Virus record (IMG/VR): IMGVR_UViG_3300028844_006787
DNA length: 64,000 nt
Origin: a virus
Lineage: Duplodnaviria; Caudoviricetes
Strand: one strand, 5' to 3'
The position numbers and the translations under genes were made by a program. The notes beneath the pieces were generated by a model. It worked only from the letters and a program-made list of their open reading frames with translations. It had not been told where the DNA came from and did no database searches. This document shows, piece after piece, positions 1 to 8,691 of this stretch (position 1 is the stretch's first letter; every line of letters starts with the position of its first letter).

Positions 1-126
1 GCTTTTTTGCATTTCACGTTCCATGCACATATTATTATGTTCGCAACTTACTGGATACTTACATTGTTTTATTGTGCATTTTTGGTTTCCCATTCCAATA
101 CAATATATATCGGAGACTCTTAAAAA

Positions 127-453
127 TCAATCCCAATTTCCTTGAGCAGGGTACATATCATAATTGCAATTACGATCACTTTCGTCTTGAGGAATATATT
201 CATCATACATTTCTTTTTGACGATATTCTGTGAGTTTAGTGTTCATGCGTTTACCCATCCACATTGCTTCAAGTGCAAGTTCACGAATTGCTCCCAAATT
301 AAAAGCATCATCATTTGCATTTTGATAAATAAGACGAACAACATTACAAACAGTTCTTTTATCATCCATTTGCTCTGGACAAATATCTTTTTCTGCTTGC
401 ACTCTGTCTTCTTTTGTAAACGGTTTTCCAACGAATTCTTTTTTATTTCCCAT
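127..453 (-). CDS. Hypothetical protein
   Basis: 108 aa ORF, TATTTATA element 6 nt upstream of ATG; no recognised motif. Confidence 0.7.
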   Translation of the reverse strand: MGNKKEFVGKPFTKEDRVQAEKDICPEQMDDKRTVCNVVRLIYQNANDDAFNLGAIRELALEAMWMGKRMNTKLTEYRQKEMYDEYIPQDESDRNCNYDMYPAQGNWD

Positions 454-483
454 AACGGCTATAAATATTATAAAAAATAACTT

Positions 484-798
484 TTAATCCCAATTTTCAG
501 AGTTTTCTATGTTGATGCAAATTTTTTTATTATCGTAAAAATTAACAACAAGTTCTTCACCTTGCTTTACATCTTTTATTGTAAACATATGCAAATTTTT
601 ACCGACAATTTTATTCACGCAATTATTAAATTTACTATGATTTTGAAAATTACCTATATCAGTTGCTTCTCCCGCAACTACCTTATTATTAAACATTCCG
701 ATGCCTATGTGACTGCATCCTATATCTGTATTTTTCTTTATATACTGCGTAGCAACTAAACCATGTCCGTGGATATTTGATTCACTTAGTTTAAACAT
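484..798 (-). CDS. SET-domain protein (putative lysine methyltransferase)
   Basis: SNIHGHGLVAT (GxG motif), FQNHS..NN, KDVKQGEELVVNFY: the three SET signature blocks in order. Confidence 0.8.
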   Translation of the reverse strand: MFKLSESNIHGHGLVATQYIKKNTDIGCSHIGIGMFNNKVVAGEATDIGNFQNHSKFNNCVNKIVGKNLHMFTIKDVKQGEELVVNFYDNKKICINIENSENWD

Positions 799-1724
799 TA
801 TCTACCAGAAAAATCATCCATTTTAAATTTGGTCTTAAATTTCTTGTTTATATCATCAAGAAACTTCTGCGACTCAGGTGCAGTTACTTCCCCCCAATCC
901 AATTCACCACTAAACGTTTCAAGACTTCCGTCACGATTCATAGCAACCGACATAAGATGTCCGTTATCAACCATAAACGCAGCCCCATACTTTTCCATAG
1001 GAATCATTTTGCTTTTCTTTGCTTCATTCATGGTAGTTTCCAACAATGTTCTAATTGTGTGTCTTAATTCTGATTCTTTCATTTCAGTTTCCTTTACAAA
1101 TACTTTACCACTATACTTGTCAGATTTCAATTTATATTTTCTGACTATACTAGATAATGCAGGTGCATTTCCAGCAAAGTGCTTGTTTGTTTCTTTAAAA
1201 AATGCTAAAAGTGCGTCTTTTCCTTTTAAACTCAAATTCTTTTTAAGGGCAGTTTTAATAGCATCTCCACCTTTGATTACCTGTAAACTAACTGGATTAG
1301 AATTAGAACCTGTATTCTTTTTGATTTTGTCCAACAACCCTATAACTGTACTACCAATAGCAACAATCAAAGTTTTCATTTCAAGATCCTCTAGTTTAGC
1401 AGGAAGAATACTAGCATTAAATTTTGCTTCCTTCATTACATCTTGAAATATTTGCTCTTCCATAGAATACATTTTATATGCTTTCCATGTTTCAAATCGT
1501 CCGGCATCTTTTCCGTTTACTTCACCTTTAGTTACCCATGTAAACTGCATGGTATTTTTTTCTGGATCAACTTCGTATCTTTTCTGTGCGTCTTTTAGGT
1601 TCTTAAATACCTCTACACCACTACCATTTCCGGTAATTTTTCCATTCTTTACACCAACAACCTGTACAGGCATATTAGGACGATACCCCTGCCACTCCTC
1701 ATGCAACATATTTTTGGACTTCAT
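798..1724 (-). CDS. Hypothetical protein, possibly a segmented virion-internal protein
   Basis: 308 aa; internal MKESELRHTIRTLLE segment resembling the N-terminal leaders at 57986-62073. Confidence 0.7.
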   Translation of the reverse strand: MKSKNMLHEEWQGYRPNMPVQVVGVKNGKITGNGSGVEVFKNLKDAQKRYEVDPEKNTMQFTWVTKGEVNGKDAGRFETWKAYKMYSMEEQIFQDVMKEAKFNASILPAKLEDLEMKTLIVAIGSTVIGLLDKIKKNTGSNSNPVSLQVIKGGDAIKTALKKNLSLKGKDALLAFFKETNKHFAGNAPALSSIVRKYKLKSDKYSGKVFVKETEMKESELRHTIRTLLETTMNEAKKSKMIPMEKYGAAFMVDNGHLMSVAMNRDGSLETFSGELDWGEVTAPESQKFLDDINKKFKTKFKMDDFSGR

Positions 1725-1756
1725 AGATAATAAATATATATCTATACTAAAAAAAC

Positions 1757-1942
1757 TTAGGGTTTATAATAAACACTAGCAGTAACCATTAATTGTTTAC
1801 CATTATATGTTTCAGTAGTATCATTTCGTCCACTTGAACTAGCAATTACTTTAGTTTTACCACTAGCAGATGCTTTGGGTTCTTTTTCTATTGGTAAACG
1901 AATTATTACTTCATTTGTTTGTTTATCTATTTCTACTTTCAT
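1757..1942 (-). CDS. Small conserved hypothetical protein (SASGKTxxIAS motif)
   Basis: 61 aa ORF directly downstream of the tRNA cluster. Confidence 0.7.
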   Translation of the reverse strand: MKVEIDKQTNEVIIRLPIEKEPKASASGKTKVIASSSGRNDTTETYNGKQLMVTASVYYKP

Positions 1943-1956
1943 AACGAATTCCTAAA

Positions 1957-2032
<76 letters not shown>

Positions 2033-2078
2033 AATAATAATATTCATATATATATACATATATAGAAAACTAAAAAGA

Positions 2079-2169
2079 TGGCGGAGAGAACAGGATTCGA
2101 ACCTGCGGAAGGATATACTCCTTCAACGGTTTAGCAAACCGTCGCCTTAAGCCACTCAGCCATCTCTCC
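2079..2169 (-). tRNA. tRNA-Ser(GCU)
   Basis: GGAGAGA...TCTCTCCGCCA, anticodon arm ACGGT-TTGCTAA-ACCGT, long variable arm, CCA. Confidence 0.97.
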
Positions 2170-2180
2170 TATATTTAAAA

Positions 2181-2257
2181 TGGCATCCACACGGAGATTC
2201 GAACTCCGGTTGCCGGGATGAAAACCCGGTGTCCTGACCTGACTAGACGATGTGGAC
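2181..2257 (-). tRNA. tRNA-Glu(UUC)
   Basis: GTCCACA...TGTGGATGCCA, anticodon arm CCGGG-TTTTCAT-CCCGG, CCA. Confidence 0.96.
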
Positions 2258-2265
2258 ATTTAGTG

Positions 2266-2340
2266 TCGGGATAGCAGGATTCGAACCTGCGACCCTTCGC
2301 TCCCAAAGCGAATGCGCTATCCAGACTGCGCTATATCCCG
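2266..2340 (-). tRNA. tRNA-Pro(UGG), no encoded CCA
   Basis: CGGGATA...TATCCCGA, anticodon arm TTCGC-TTTGGGA-GCGAA. Confidence 0.95.
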
Positions 2341-2353
2341 AATAAATTAAATG

Positions 2354-2427
2354 CACGGGAGGTGAGACTTGAACTCACGACCCACTGCTTAGAAGGCAGT
2401 TGTTCTATCCAACTGAACTACTCCCGT
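2354..2427 (-). tRNA. tRNA-Arg(UCU), no encoded CCA
   Basis: ACGGGAG...CTCCCGTG, anticodon arm ACTGC-CTTCTAA-GCAGT. Confidence 0.95.
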
Positions 2428-2438
2428 AAAAAATAAAA

Positions 2439-2514
2439 TGGAGCCACCTGTCGGGATCGAACCGACGACATCCTCATTACAAGTGAGGTGCTCTACCATC
2501 TGAGCTAAGGTGGC
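2439..2514 (-). tRNA. tRNA-Thr(UGU)
   Basis: GCCACCT...AGGTGGCTCCA, anticodon arm CCTCA-CTTGTAA-TGAGG, CCA. Confidence 0.97.
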
Positions 2515-2614
2515 ATGGAAAAAATGTTTTGCCCTCTCACTTTGGTTTGGACACCCCCTTATTGGTCGTTTTGCCTATGTTATTCTACACAGGAAGAATG
2601 ATTGTGATTATATA

Positions 2615-2643
2615 TGTATATATGTATATTTATAAAAAGTCAA
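2615..2643 (-). promoter_or_regulatory. sigma70-like promoter upstream of tRNA cluster
   Basis: TTGACT followed by AT-rich spacer and -10-like hexamer on minus strand. Confidence 0.55.
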
Positions 2644-2648
2644 GAACT

Positions 2649-3248
2649 TTAATTTCTAATTAAAAAAGGTTTCCATTCAGGACGAATATTAGTTCCTACC
2701 TCATAAAATGGTTTGGGTGGTTCTGCTTTTAATATTTGACCCTTATAGTCGTAATAAGGAAATATACTACCCTTCCGTGAATTACATTTTATACAAGTTA
2801 GAGTAATGTTATAGTAATCATTATTTCCACCTTTACTTTTTGGTTTGATATGCTCAATGGTCATTTTCTTTTGTGGAATCTCTTTCCCACAGATTTGACA
2901 GATTCCATTGTATTTTTTATACAAGTATTTAAGTGAAGGTTTTCGTTTTGCATTATATGTAAAACTTGAAGTAGTTAATAAAATCGTTGGAACTGGTATC
3001 GCATTATTAACAGATCTTATAAAAGGTTGTTGTGGGTAAAATCCATGCTTGTACTCAACCCAAGTATTCCAATCACAGGTAACCCCATCACTTGCTACTG
3101 CCATAACCTTTGGACGAGTTTTATGATACCTATCACTTGCTCCCATTAACTTTTTGATTCCTTCTTTTACCGAGGTAACATTCAAAGGACTCCAATAGTG
3201 AGTTAATAGCAGAACAATATTGTCTGCCGAATTTACAAATTCATACAT
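2649..3248 (-). CDS. HNH endonuclease
   Basis: CQICG...TIEHIKPKSKGGNNDYYNITLTCIKCNSRKG. Confidence 0.92.
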   Translation of the reverse strand: MYEFVNSADNIVLLLTHYWSPLNVTSVKEGIKKLMGASDRYHKTRPKVMAVASDGVTCDWNTWVEYKHGFYPQQPFIRSVNNAIPVPTILLTTSSFTYNAKRKPSLKYLYKKYNGICQICGKEIPQKKMTIEHIKPKSKGGNNDYYNITLTCIKCNSRKGSIFPYYDYKGQILKAEPPKPFYEVGTNIRPEWKPFLIRN

Positions 3249-3331
3249 GGAATATAGTATAGAATATTTTTTAAAAATAACAAGTTAAAATATCATTTGA
3301 CGAAAATATAAAAATTAGTTAATATATAGAG

Positions 3332-3748
3332 ATGGATAATAATGATAATTACACAGCACTTGCTTTATTGCTTGAATTGCTTACTACATCACAAAAATAT
3401 GTTGATGCTTATATAGAACGATTTCCAGAACAAACAGAAAACGCACTCAGTTTTTCAGTTGACCCAGGATGTAGTTGTAAAGAAAAAATAATTGAACACT
3501 TCAAAAATAACGCAGAAGCACTTGATGATTTAACGCAAACGTTTCTACAAAACAATCCACTTGAAATTAACTTAAAAGAGTTTCTTCGAGGAATCTCGGT
3601 GAATAATGTAGCAGGACGAATGTTTAAAATTGACAAAACCGAAGAAGCATATAGTGATTTCATAGACAATATGAAAAACAATCGTTGGGCATTTAGATAT
3701 ATGTCAGTTGCGGTAGATGGAGACAAGTATGTGTTTTTCTTTGCGTAA
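3332..3748 (+). CDS. Hypothetical protein
   Basis: 138 aa; TTGACG-N17-TAATAT promoter ends 6 nt before ATG. Confidence 0.75.
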   Translation: MDNNDNYTALALLLELLTTSQKYVDAYIERFPEQTENALSFSVDPGCSCKEKIIEHFKNNAEALDDLTQTFLQNNPLEINLKEFLRGISVNNVAGRMFKIDKTEEAYSDFIDNMKNNRWAFRYMSVAVDGDKYVFFFA

Positions 3749-3818
3749 AAAAATCTTGCACACATCTTTAATTTCCTATAATATAATATATATTTTTAAC
3801 AATTAACCTAAAAATACA

Positions 3819-4004
3819 ATGAGCAAAACACAAGAACTATATGAACAAATCAAATCTTTGTATGAAGAATTTGAAGAAAATCATGAGAAGAATGCAAGTA
3901 CGGGAACCAAAGCATCTGGAACCCGTGCAAGAAAGGCAATTGGCGAAATTAAAAAACTTGCCACAGAATACAGAAAAACTTCTGTTGCTGAATCTAAATC
4001 ATAA
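3819..4004 (+). CDS. Histone H1-like nucleoid protein (Hc1 family)
   Basis: GTKASGTRARKAIGEIKKLATEYRKTSV matches the Hc1 pattern GNKAAGxRARKxxxELxKLxxEFRKxS. Confidence 0.85.
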   Translation: MSKTQELYEQIKSLYEEFEENHEKNASTGTKASGTRARKAIGEIKKLATEYRKTSVAESKS

Positions 4005-4018
4005 GAAAGGAGCAAACA

Positions 4019-4273
4019 ATGAGCACCGAAAAAGATATTAAGAAAAATATTCAAGTAGAAACTAATGTAACCCCAAAAAGAAAAAAGTTGGTAGTAGACT
4101 GGCCAACAGGTAAATTCAGTATTGCTGACTTAGAACAAAGTCATCCAAAAGCAGTACCAATTACTCTTCGTTTTCGTGTAAAGAAAGCACTTGAGTCTGG
4201 AACAATTCGTCCTGCAGGTAAAGTTGAAGGTGAAATTGGTCGTCCTACTTTGTTATTTGAACGAGCAAGTTAA
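4019..4273 (+). CDS. Small basic protein, possible winged-helix DNA binder
   Basis: FSIADL...ITLRFRVKKALESG...GRPTLLF; AAAGGAG RBS upstream. Confidence 0.65.
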   Translation: MSTEKDIKKNIQVETNVTPKRKKLVVDWPTGKFSIADLEQSHPKAVPITLRFRVKKALESGTIRPAGKVEGEIGRPTLLFERAS

Positions 4274-4337
4274 TAAACTATATTCTTGTTATATAATTTT
4301 TTTATAGAATTATATAAACATATATATATTTATATTC

Positions 4338-5174
4338 ATGGCATTTAAAGATTTAGATTCAAACTTTCAAAAAAAAGTTGGTGAAATGAATTCAGGTGAA
4401 TCGCAACAAGCATCCCCTGAAGTAGATCACTATAAGCAAACTCAACCAGAAACTGATAAGATAAAATACGAAAACGACATGGGAAGTTCTCTGAAAAAAG
4501 GATTACTTTCAATGTTTCAGTCTCAATTAAATCAAGTGCAAAATCCATCCAACGAAGACTCATATAGAACTATAAATGTAACTTCTGAAGATATTGCACC
4601 CATTACAAAACCTACTATACAGTCACAGGTGTCCCCACAACAAATTGACTCTTTGCTTAATAATCAAAATCAACAAATTAAACAAACTAAACCTGTTGTA
4701 AACGAAGAAAATAAAGTTACAATTCGTCCAATTGAAGACAATATCCCAAAAGATAACATAAAAATAGTTTCTGCTAAAACTCAAGAAGCAATTGCAAATA
4801 CCCCACCCGTTGAAAGTAAAATTGCAAGTGTTGGTATAACTAGATACGAAGATAGAAATCCAATAACAGAAAGAAATGCTAAAGAAGAAGATGCAATATC
4901 ACAAACTGCCGTATTAAGACACGCAAATGGTCAACCCACCTCGTTGGGAACGGATGGAAAGCAACTTGATGATGATTATGTAAGATTCCAAATACAAAAG
5001 CATAAAGAAATAAAAGCAGCTCAACGTGAAAAAGGTAAATCAGGTGATGAAAAAGAATCAAAGTCAGAAACTGTAATTTCTCTTGAAAGACAGGAAGACG
5101 AAATAAGTTTCAAGCAAGGCAAAAAAGAAGAAACTGGTCCACAGGAAACTATTTTATCTGACGATGACATTTAA
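4338..5174 (+). CDS. Hypothetical low-complexity Q/E/K-rich protein
   Basis: 278 aa; TATTTATA 3 nt before ATG. Confidence 0.75.
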   Translation: MAFKDLDSNFQKKVGEMNSGESQQASPEVDHYKQTQPETDKIKYENDMGSSLKKGLLSMFQSQLNQVQNPSNEDSYRTINVTSEDIAPITKPTIQSQVSPQQIDSLLNNQNQQIKQTKPVVNEENKVTIRPIEDNIPKDNIKIVSAKTQEAIANTPPVESKIASVGITRYEDRNPITERNAKEEDAISQTAVLRHANGQPTSLGTDGKQLDDDYVRFQIQKHKEIKAAQREKGKSGDEKESKSETVISLERQEDEISFKQGKKEETGPQETILSDDDI

Positions 5175-5189
5175 TCGTTTTCAAAGATA

Positions 5190-6407
5190 ATGCTACAAAA
5201 GCATTTTAAAAAGTATTACAACATGAAACCATATCTTCTCATTGAAGAGGAGGAGTGGAACGACATCATGCAAACGTATGAGAAAGAAGATGTTGTAGAA
5301 GAACTTGCAAAGGTACTGCACACATATCCTGCTCCGTTACCTGAGATCACCGACAAACAAACTCTTGATAGTTTGAATAAGTTAAAAGGAATAAAGCACA
5401 ATGATGTGCTTATAGAAAAAAAATGGTTTCCTCGCAACGAAAGAAAAAGTAATTATCACTTAAACTACAAAGATTCTCAGTATCTACTAAAAAGAAACAA
5501 TTCTGGTAACAATGCGTCTAATCCGTTTCACGTGGAAACACGTTGGAAAGTAGATTGGACAAGAACACCGAGTGGTTGGAAAACTTGGCAGACGGTGAAA
5601 GGAATCAAAACAATCGTTCGTGCATATTGGACATTAGATAAAGTTCTCAATCGTGTTGATGTTAATACTCTGCGTGTTGCTACAACTCTTCGTAAGTATG
5701 TCGCATCACAATTTAAACCGGCAGTAGCAAAAGCATTCTACGATCACTTTCAAAGCAAAAATGTATTAGACTTCAGTGCAGGATGGGGAGATAGATTAGC
5801 AGGATTTTATACAGGTGAAACCACAGAGCATTATGTTGGAATTGATCCTAATACACTTAACCACCCCAATTACCAAAAGCAAATTCAGTTCTATGAAAAG
5901 TATTCTACCTTTTTTGAACAAGATAGAAAAGCAGACTTAATAGAAAGTCCTGCCGAAGATGTAGATTACTCACAATACGAAAATTACTTTGATACGGTGT
6001 TTACAAGTCCACCATATTTTAATACAGAAAAGTATTCGGAAGATGATACACAATCGTGGGTGCGATATAAAAAGATAGACGATTGGAACGAGAAGTTTCT
6101 TCACACTACACTTGGTAAGATAATTCCGACAATAAAGAAGAATGGCATTCTTGCAATCAATATTGCAGACGTATTTAATGCTCCTATCAACGACTATGTT
6201 GAAATTACAAATCCAATGAACGACTTTATTAAATCACAAGGACTTGAGTATCTTGGTTGCATTGGAATGGAAATGACGAAACGATTTAATTCAGGAGGTG
6301 CGGGTAATGCAAAAAGTGAATATTTTTCAGAAGACCTTAAAGAAATTACCGAAGAAACTAAAGATGTTGCGTTTGCAGAACCGATTTGGATTTGGAAAAA
6401 CTCATAG
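5190..6407 (+). CDS. Orphan DNA amino-methyltransferase (N4-C/N6-A)
   Basis: VLDFSAGWGDRL (SAM-binding motif I) followed by FTSPPYF (motif IV). Confidence 0.9.
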   Translation: MLQKHFKKYYNMKPYLLIEEEEWNDIMQTYEKEDVVEELAKVLHTYPAPLPEITDKQTLDSLNKLKGIKHNDVLIEKKWFPRNERKSNYHLNYKDSQYLLKRNNSGNNASNPFHVETRWKVDWTRTPSGWKTWQTVKGIKTIVRAYWTLDKVLNRVDVNTLRVATTLRKYVASQFKPAVAKAFYDHFQSKNVLDFSAGWGDRLAGFYTGETTEHYVGIDPNTLNHPNYQKQIQFYEKYSTFFEQDRKADLIESPAEDVDYSQYENYFDTVFTSPPYFNTEKYSEDDTQSWVRYKKIDDWNEKFLHTTLGKIIPTIKKNGILAINIADVFNAPINDYVEITNPMNDFIKSQGLEYLGCIGMEMTKRFNSGGAGNAKSEYFSEDLKEITEETKDVAFAEPIWIWKNS

Positions 6408-6469
6408 GTATAAATTAATTTTTATATAAATTATTGACATTATATAAATATAGATATATATTCGTATAT

Positions 6470-6772
6470 ATGGAATCACATGAAAATACAATAGAAAAAG
6501 AGTGTCTTGAATTTCTAACCAAGTGTTCAGTTAGTGATTTTGTTGCTTTATATGAGCATATGACGTTGACTAAACTAGAAGAAATCGACACCAAAGACCA
6601 ACTTGATATAAAGTATAAAATAGTTGAATCAGAGGCAGACGAACAAGAAATAGGAACAACTATTGCGTTCAATAGAATGGTAGAAGGTGTAGAAGCAATA
6701 TTTGGAATGACAGATGCTGATGTAGAAATTTTACACGAACGTATTTCAGAGTTAAAAAATAATGGAAATTGA
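6470..6772 (+). CDS. Hypothetical acidic protein
   Basis: Start moved to ATG 6470 because TTGACA(6434)-N17-TATATT promoter occupies the annotated TTG start. Confidence 0.7.
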   Translation: MESHENTIEKECLEFLTKCSVSDFVALYEHMTLTKLEEIDTKDQLDIKYKIVESEADEQEIGTTIAFNRMVEGVEAIFGMTDADVEILHERISELKNNGN

Positions 6773-6962
6773 TGTAAATAAATTACTTACTTATTTTCTT
6801 GCACTTGTAGGATTGGCACTATTACCACTTGGATTTATATGGGCATTAAATAGTTTATTTTTATTAAATATAGCATACACTTTTGCTAACTGGGGTGCGG
6901 TTGTTTTTGTACAAGTTTATTTTCAAGTTCTTGTAAAAGCATCAACAAATCACTCCACATAA
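6762..6962 (+). CDS. Small membrane protein
   Basis: Two hydrophobic stretches in 66 aa; overlaps upstream stop. Confidence 0.7.
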   Translation: MEIDVNKLLTYFLALVGLALLPLGFIWALNSLFLLNIAYTFANWGAVVFVQVYFQVLVKASTNHST

Positions 6963-7007
6963 TTTACTCTTTACGTGTAGCATATATTTGTATATATTTA
7001 TTTATAT

Positions 7008-7349
7008 ATGAAACATAATAATACAGCAAAATTTACATTTGATTATACATGGAAAGATGTAGAAGGTAATTTAGTATCAAGAACTAGACACACTACAACT
7101 GACGAAACACTTGGTGAAATTTTGGACACGTTTGAATTGTTTTTAAAAGGTGCTGGATTCTATTTTGATGGATCACTTGAATTTGTAAATCAAGATACAG
7201 GAGAAAGCACACAGGTAAATTATGCAGACCATAATAGACCTCCTATGAATGGAAAACAAATGGAATTTGATTTCGTAAAAGAACTATTCACAGACTTTGA
7301 AAACTTAGACGATACCGACTTAGACCAAGATGACGAAAAAATCAGTTAA
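7008..7349 (+). CDS. Conserved hypothetical phage protein
   Basis: ILDTFELFLKGAGFYFDG pattern typical of T4-like orphan genes; TATTTATA next to ATG. Confidence 0.7.
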   Translation: MKHNNTAKFTFDYTWKDVEGNLVSRTRHTTTDETLGEILDTFELFLKGAGFYFDGSLEFVNQDTGESTQVNYADHNRPPMNGKQMEFDFVKELFTDFENLDDTDLDQDDEKIS

Positions 7350-7668
7350 TCTTGATTTTTATTTAAATGTAAAAACAAATAAAACTTCTACAAAAGTAGT
7401 AAACTTTAAAAAAGAAGAATATGATGTGTATATAGGAAGGCCTAGTATTTGGGGAAATCCTTTCTCGTCAAAAGACAATACATTAGCAGAATATAAAGTT
7501 TCATGTAAATCAGAAGCAATTCAAAGATACGAAGAGTATATTGAGTCAAACGAGTTTTTAAAAAGTAAATTATCTACTTTGAAAAATAAAAGATTGGGAT
7601 GTTGGTGTAAACCAAAACCATGTCATGGTGATGTTCTTTTAAAAATGATAGAAAAATATTGTGTATGA
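7330..7668 (+). CDS. DUF4326 family protein
   Basis: YDVYIGRPSIWGNPF...LGCWCKPKPCHGDVL. Confidence 0.88.
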   Translation: MTKKSVNLDFYLNVKTNKTSTKVVNFKKEEYDVYIGRPSIWGNPFSSKDNTLAEYKVSCKSEAIQRYEEYIESNEFLKSKLSTLKNKRLGCWCKPKPCHGDVLLKMIEKYCV

Positions 7669-8141
7669 GAATAATTTCAGCAGTAAGACATTCAGGTAAA
7701 ACCTACTTTAGTAATAAACTTAATTTCGTAGATTGTGATAAAATAATAGGAGACGCAATTGGGTGGCCTGTGCATTTTCAAAAAAAGGAATTCTCTGAAC
7801 AAGTATATAAATCATCAATAACAGAAGAACATGAACTTACAATTCAATTTTCTCGTGACTCGTGGAGTGTATTAGAAGAATATTCACTAAACAATAATAA
7901 AATTATTAGCATACCTGAAGTTTGGAGTGCAAGAAGTTTTTGGGAATGGCAAATTAAACCAAATGTTCTTGTAACTATTGATGAAGAACGACATAAGCAA
8001 AATTTGTCGGAAATAAATCAAAGTCATATGTGGGCAACAATTAAGTTTTGGAGACATATGCTTGAACATGAAGCAAAAGAAAATAATATTAAGGTTGTCA
8101 ATACCTTTGAAGATGCGATATATTATTTAAATGAAAATTAA
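7659..8141 (+). CDS. P-loop kinase-like protein
   Basis: N-terminal IISAVRHSGKTY Walker A-like motif followed by FVDCD. Confidence 0.6.
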   Translation: MCMRIISAVRHSGKTYFSNKLNFVDCDKIIGDAIGWPVHFQKKEFSEQVYKSSITEEHELTIQFSRDSWSVLEEYSLNNNKIISIPEVWSARSFWEWQIKPNVLVTIDEERHKQNLSEINQSHMWATIKFWRHMLEHEAKENNIKVVNTFEDAIYYLNEN

Positions 8142-8658
8142 GGTAAAAAATACATCTGATGTTATTCTTCCAAAAAACGCAACGCAATACGATGCAGGTT
8201 ACGATATCGTAGCAACTTCACAACCAGCAATTGTTGGTGAATATGATGAAGATAAAAAAATGTGGAGAGAAGTTAATTACATACAATATCATACTGATTT
8301 ATATATTGAACCTTGTGAAGACGATAAACGTTATCACACTTTTGTATTTCCAAGAAGTAGTGTAAGTAACTACCGACTAAGTTTAGCAAATTCGGTTGGA
8401 CTTATCGATGCAGGATATCGTGGAGAGATTCTAGTAAGATTTAGATATACACCACAACCAAGTGATTATTACTTCTTTAAAAGTGGCATGGCCTGTCCTA
8501 ATATGCTTGTTGATGTCAATTTAGATACATTATACAAAAAGGGAGATAAAATTGCTCAATTAGTCGTTTCGGAAACATTACCGGTTGAATTTGAAGTAGT
8601 TGAAACACTAAGTGATACAGAAAGAGATTCACGTGGATTTGGAAGTACAGGTGCTTGA
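8131..8658 (+). CDS. dut: dUTP diphosphatase (trimeric type)
   Basis: AGYDI, PRSS, GLIDAGYRGEI, IAQL, RGFGSTG motifs. Confidence 0.96.
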   Translation: MKIKVKNTSDVILPKNATQYDAGYDIVATSQPAIVGEYDEDKKMWREVNYIQYHTDLYIEPCEDDKRYHTFVFPRSSVSNYRLSLANSVGLIDAGYRGEILVRFRYTPQPSDYYFFKSGMACPNMLVDVNLDTLYKKGDKIAQLVVSETLPVEFEVVETLSDTERDSRGFGSTGA

Positions 8659-8683
8659 CTTTTTATATAAAATAAGATACGAT
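8655..8683 (+). promoter_or_regulatory. sigma70-like promoter of DNA polymerase operon
   Basis: TTGACT-N17-TACGAT, 8 nt before ATG 8692. Confidence 0.65.
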
Positions 8684-8691
8684 AATATTCA

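Noticed and set aside
2515-2615. Seventh tRNA or ribozyme in the tRNA leader
   Set aside because: No cloverleaf or T-loop; only a short GGCAAAAC duplication.
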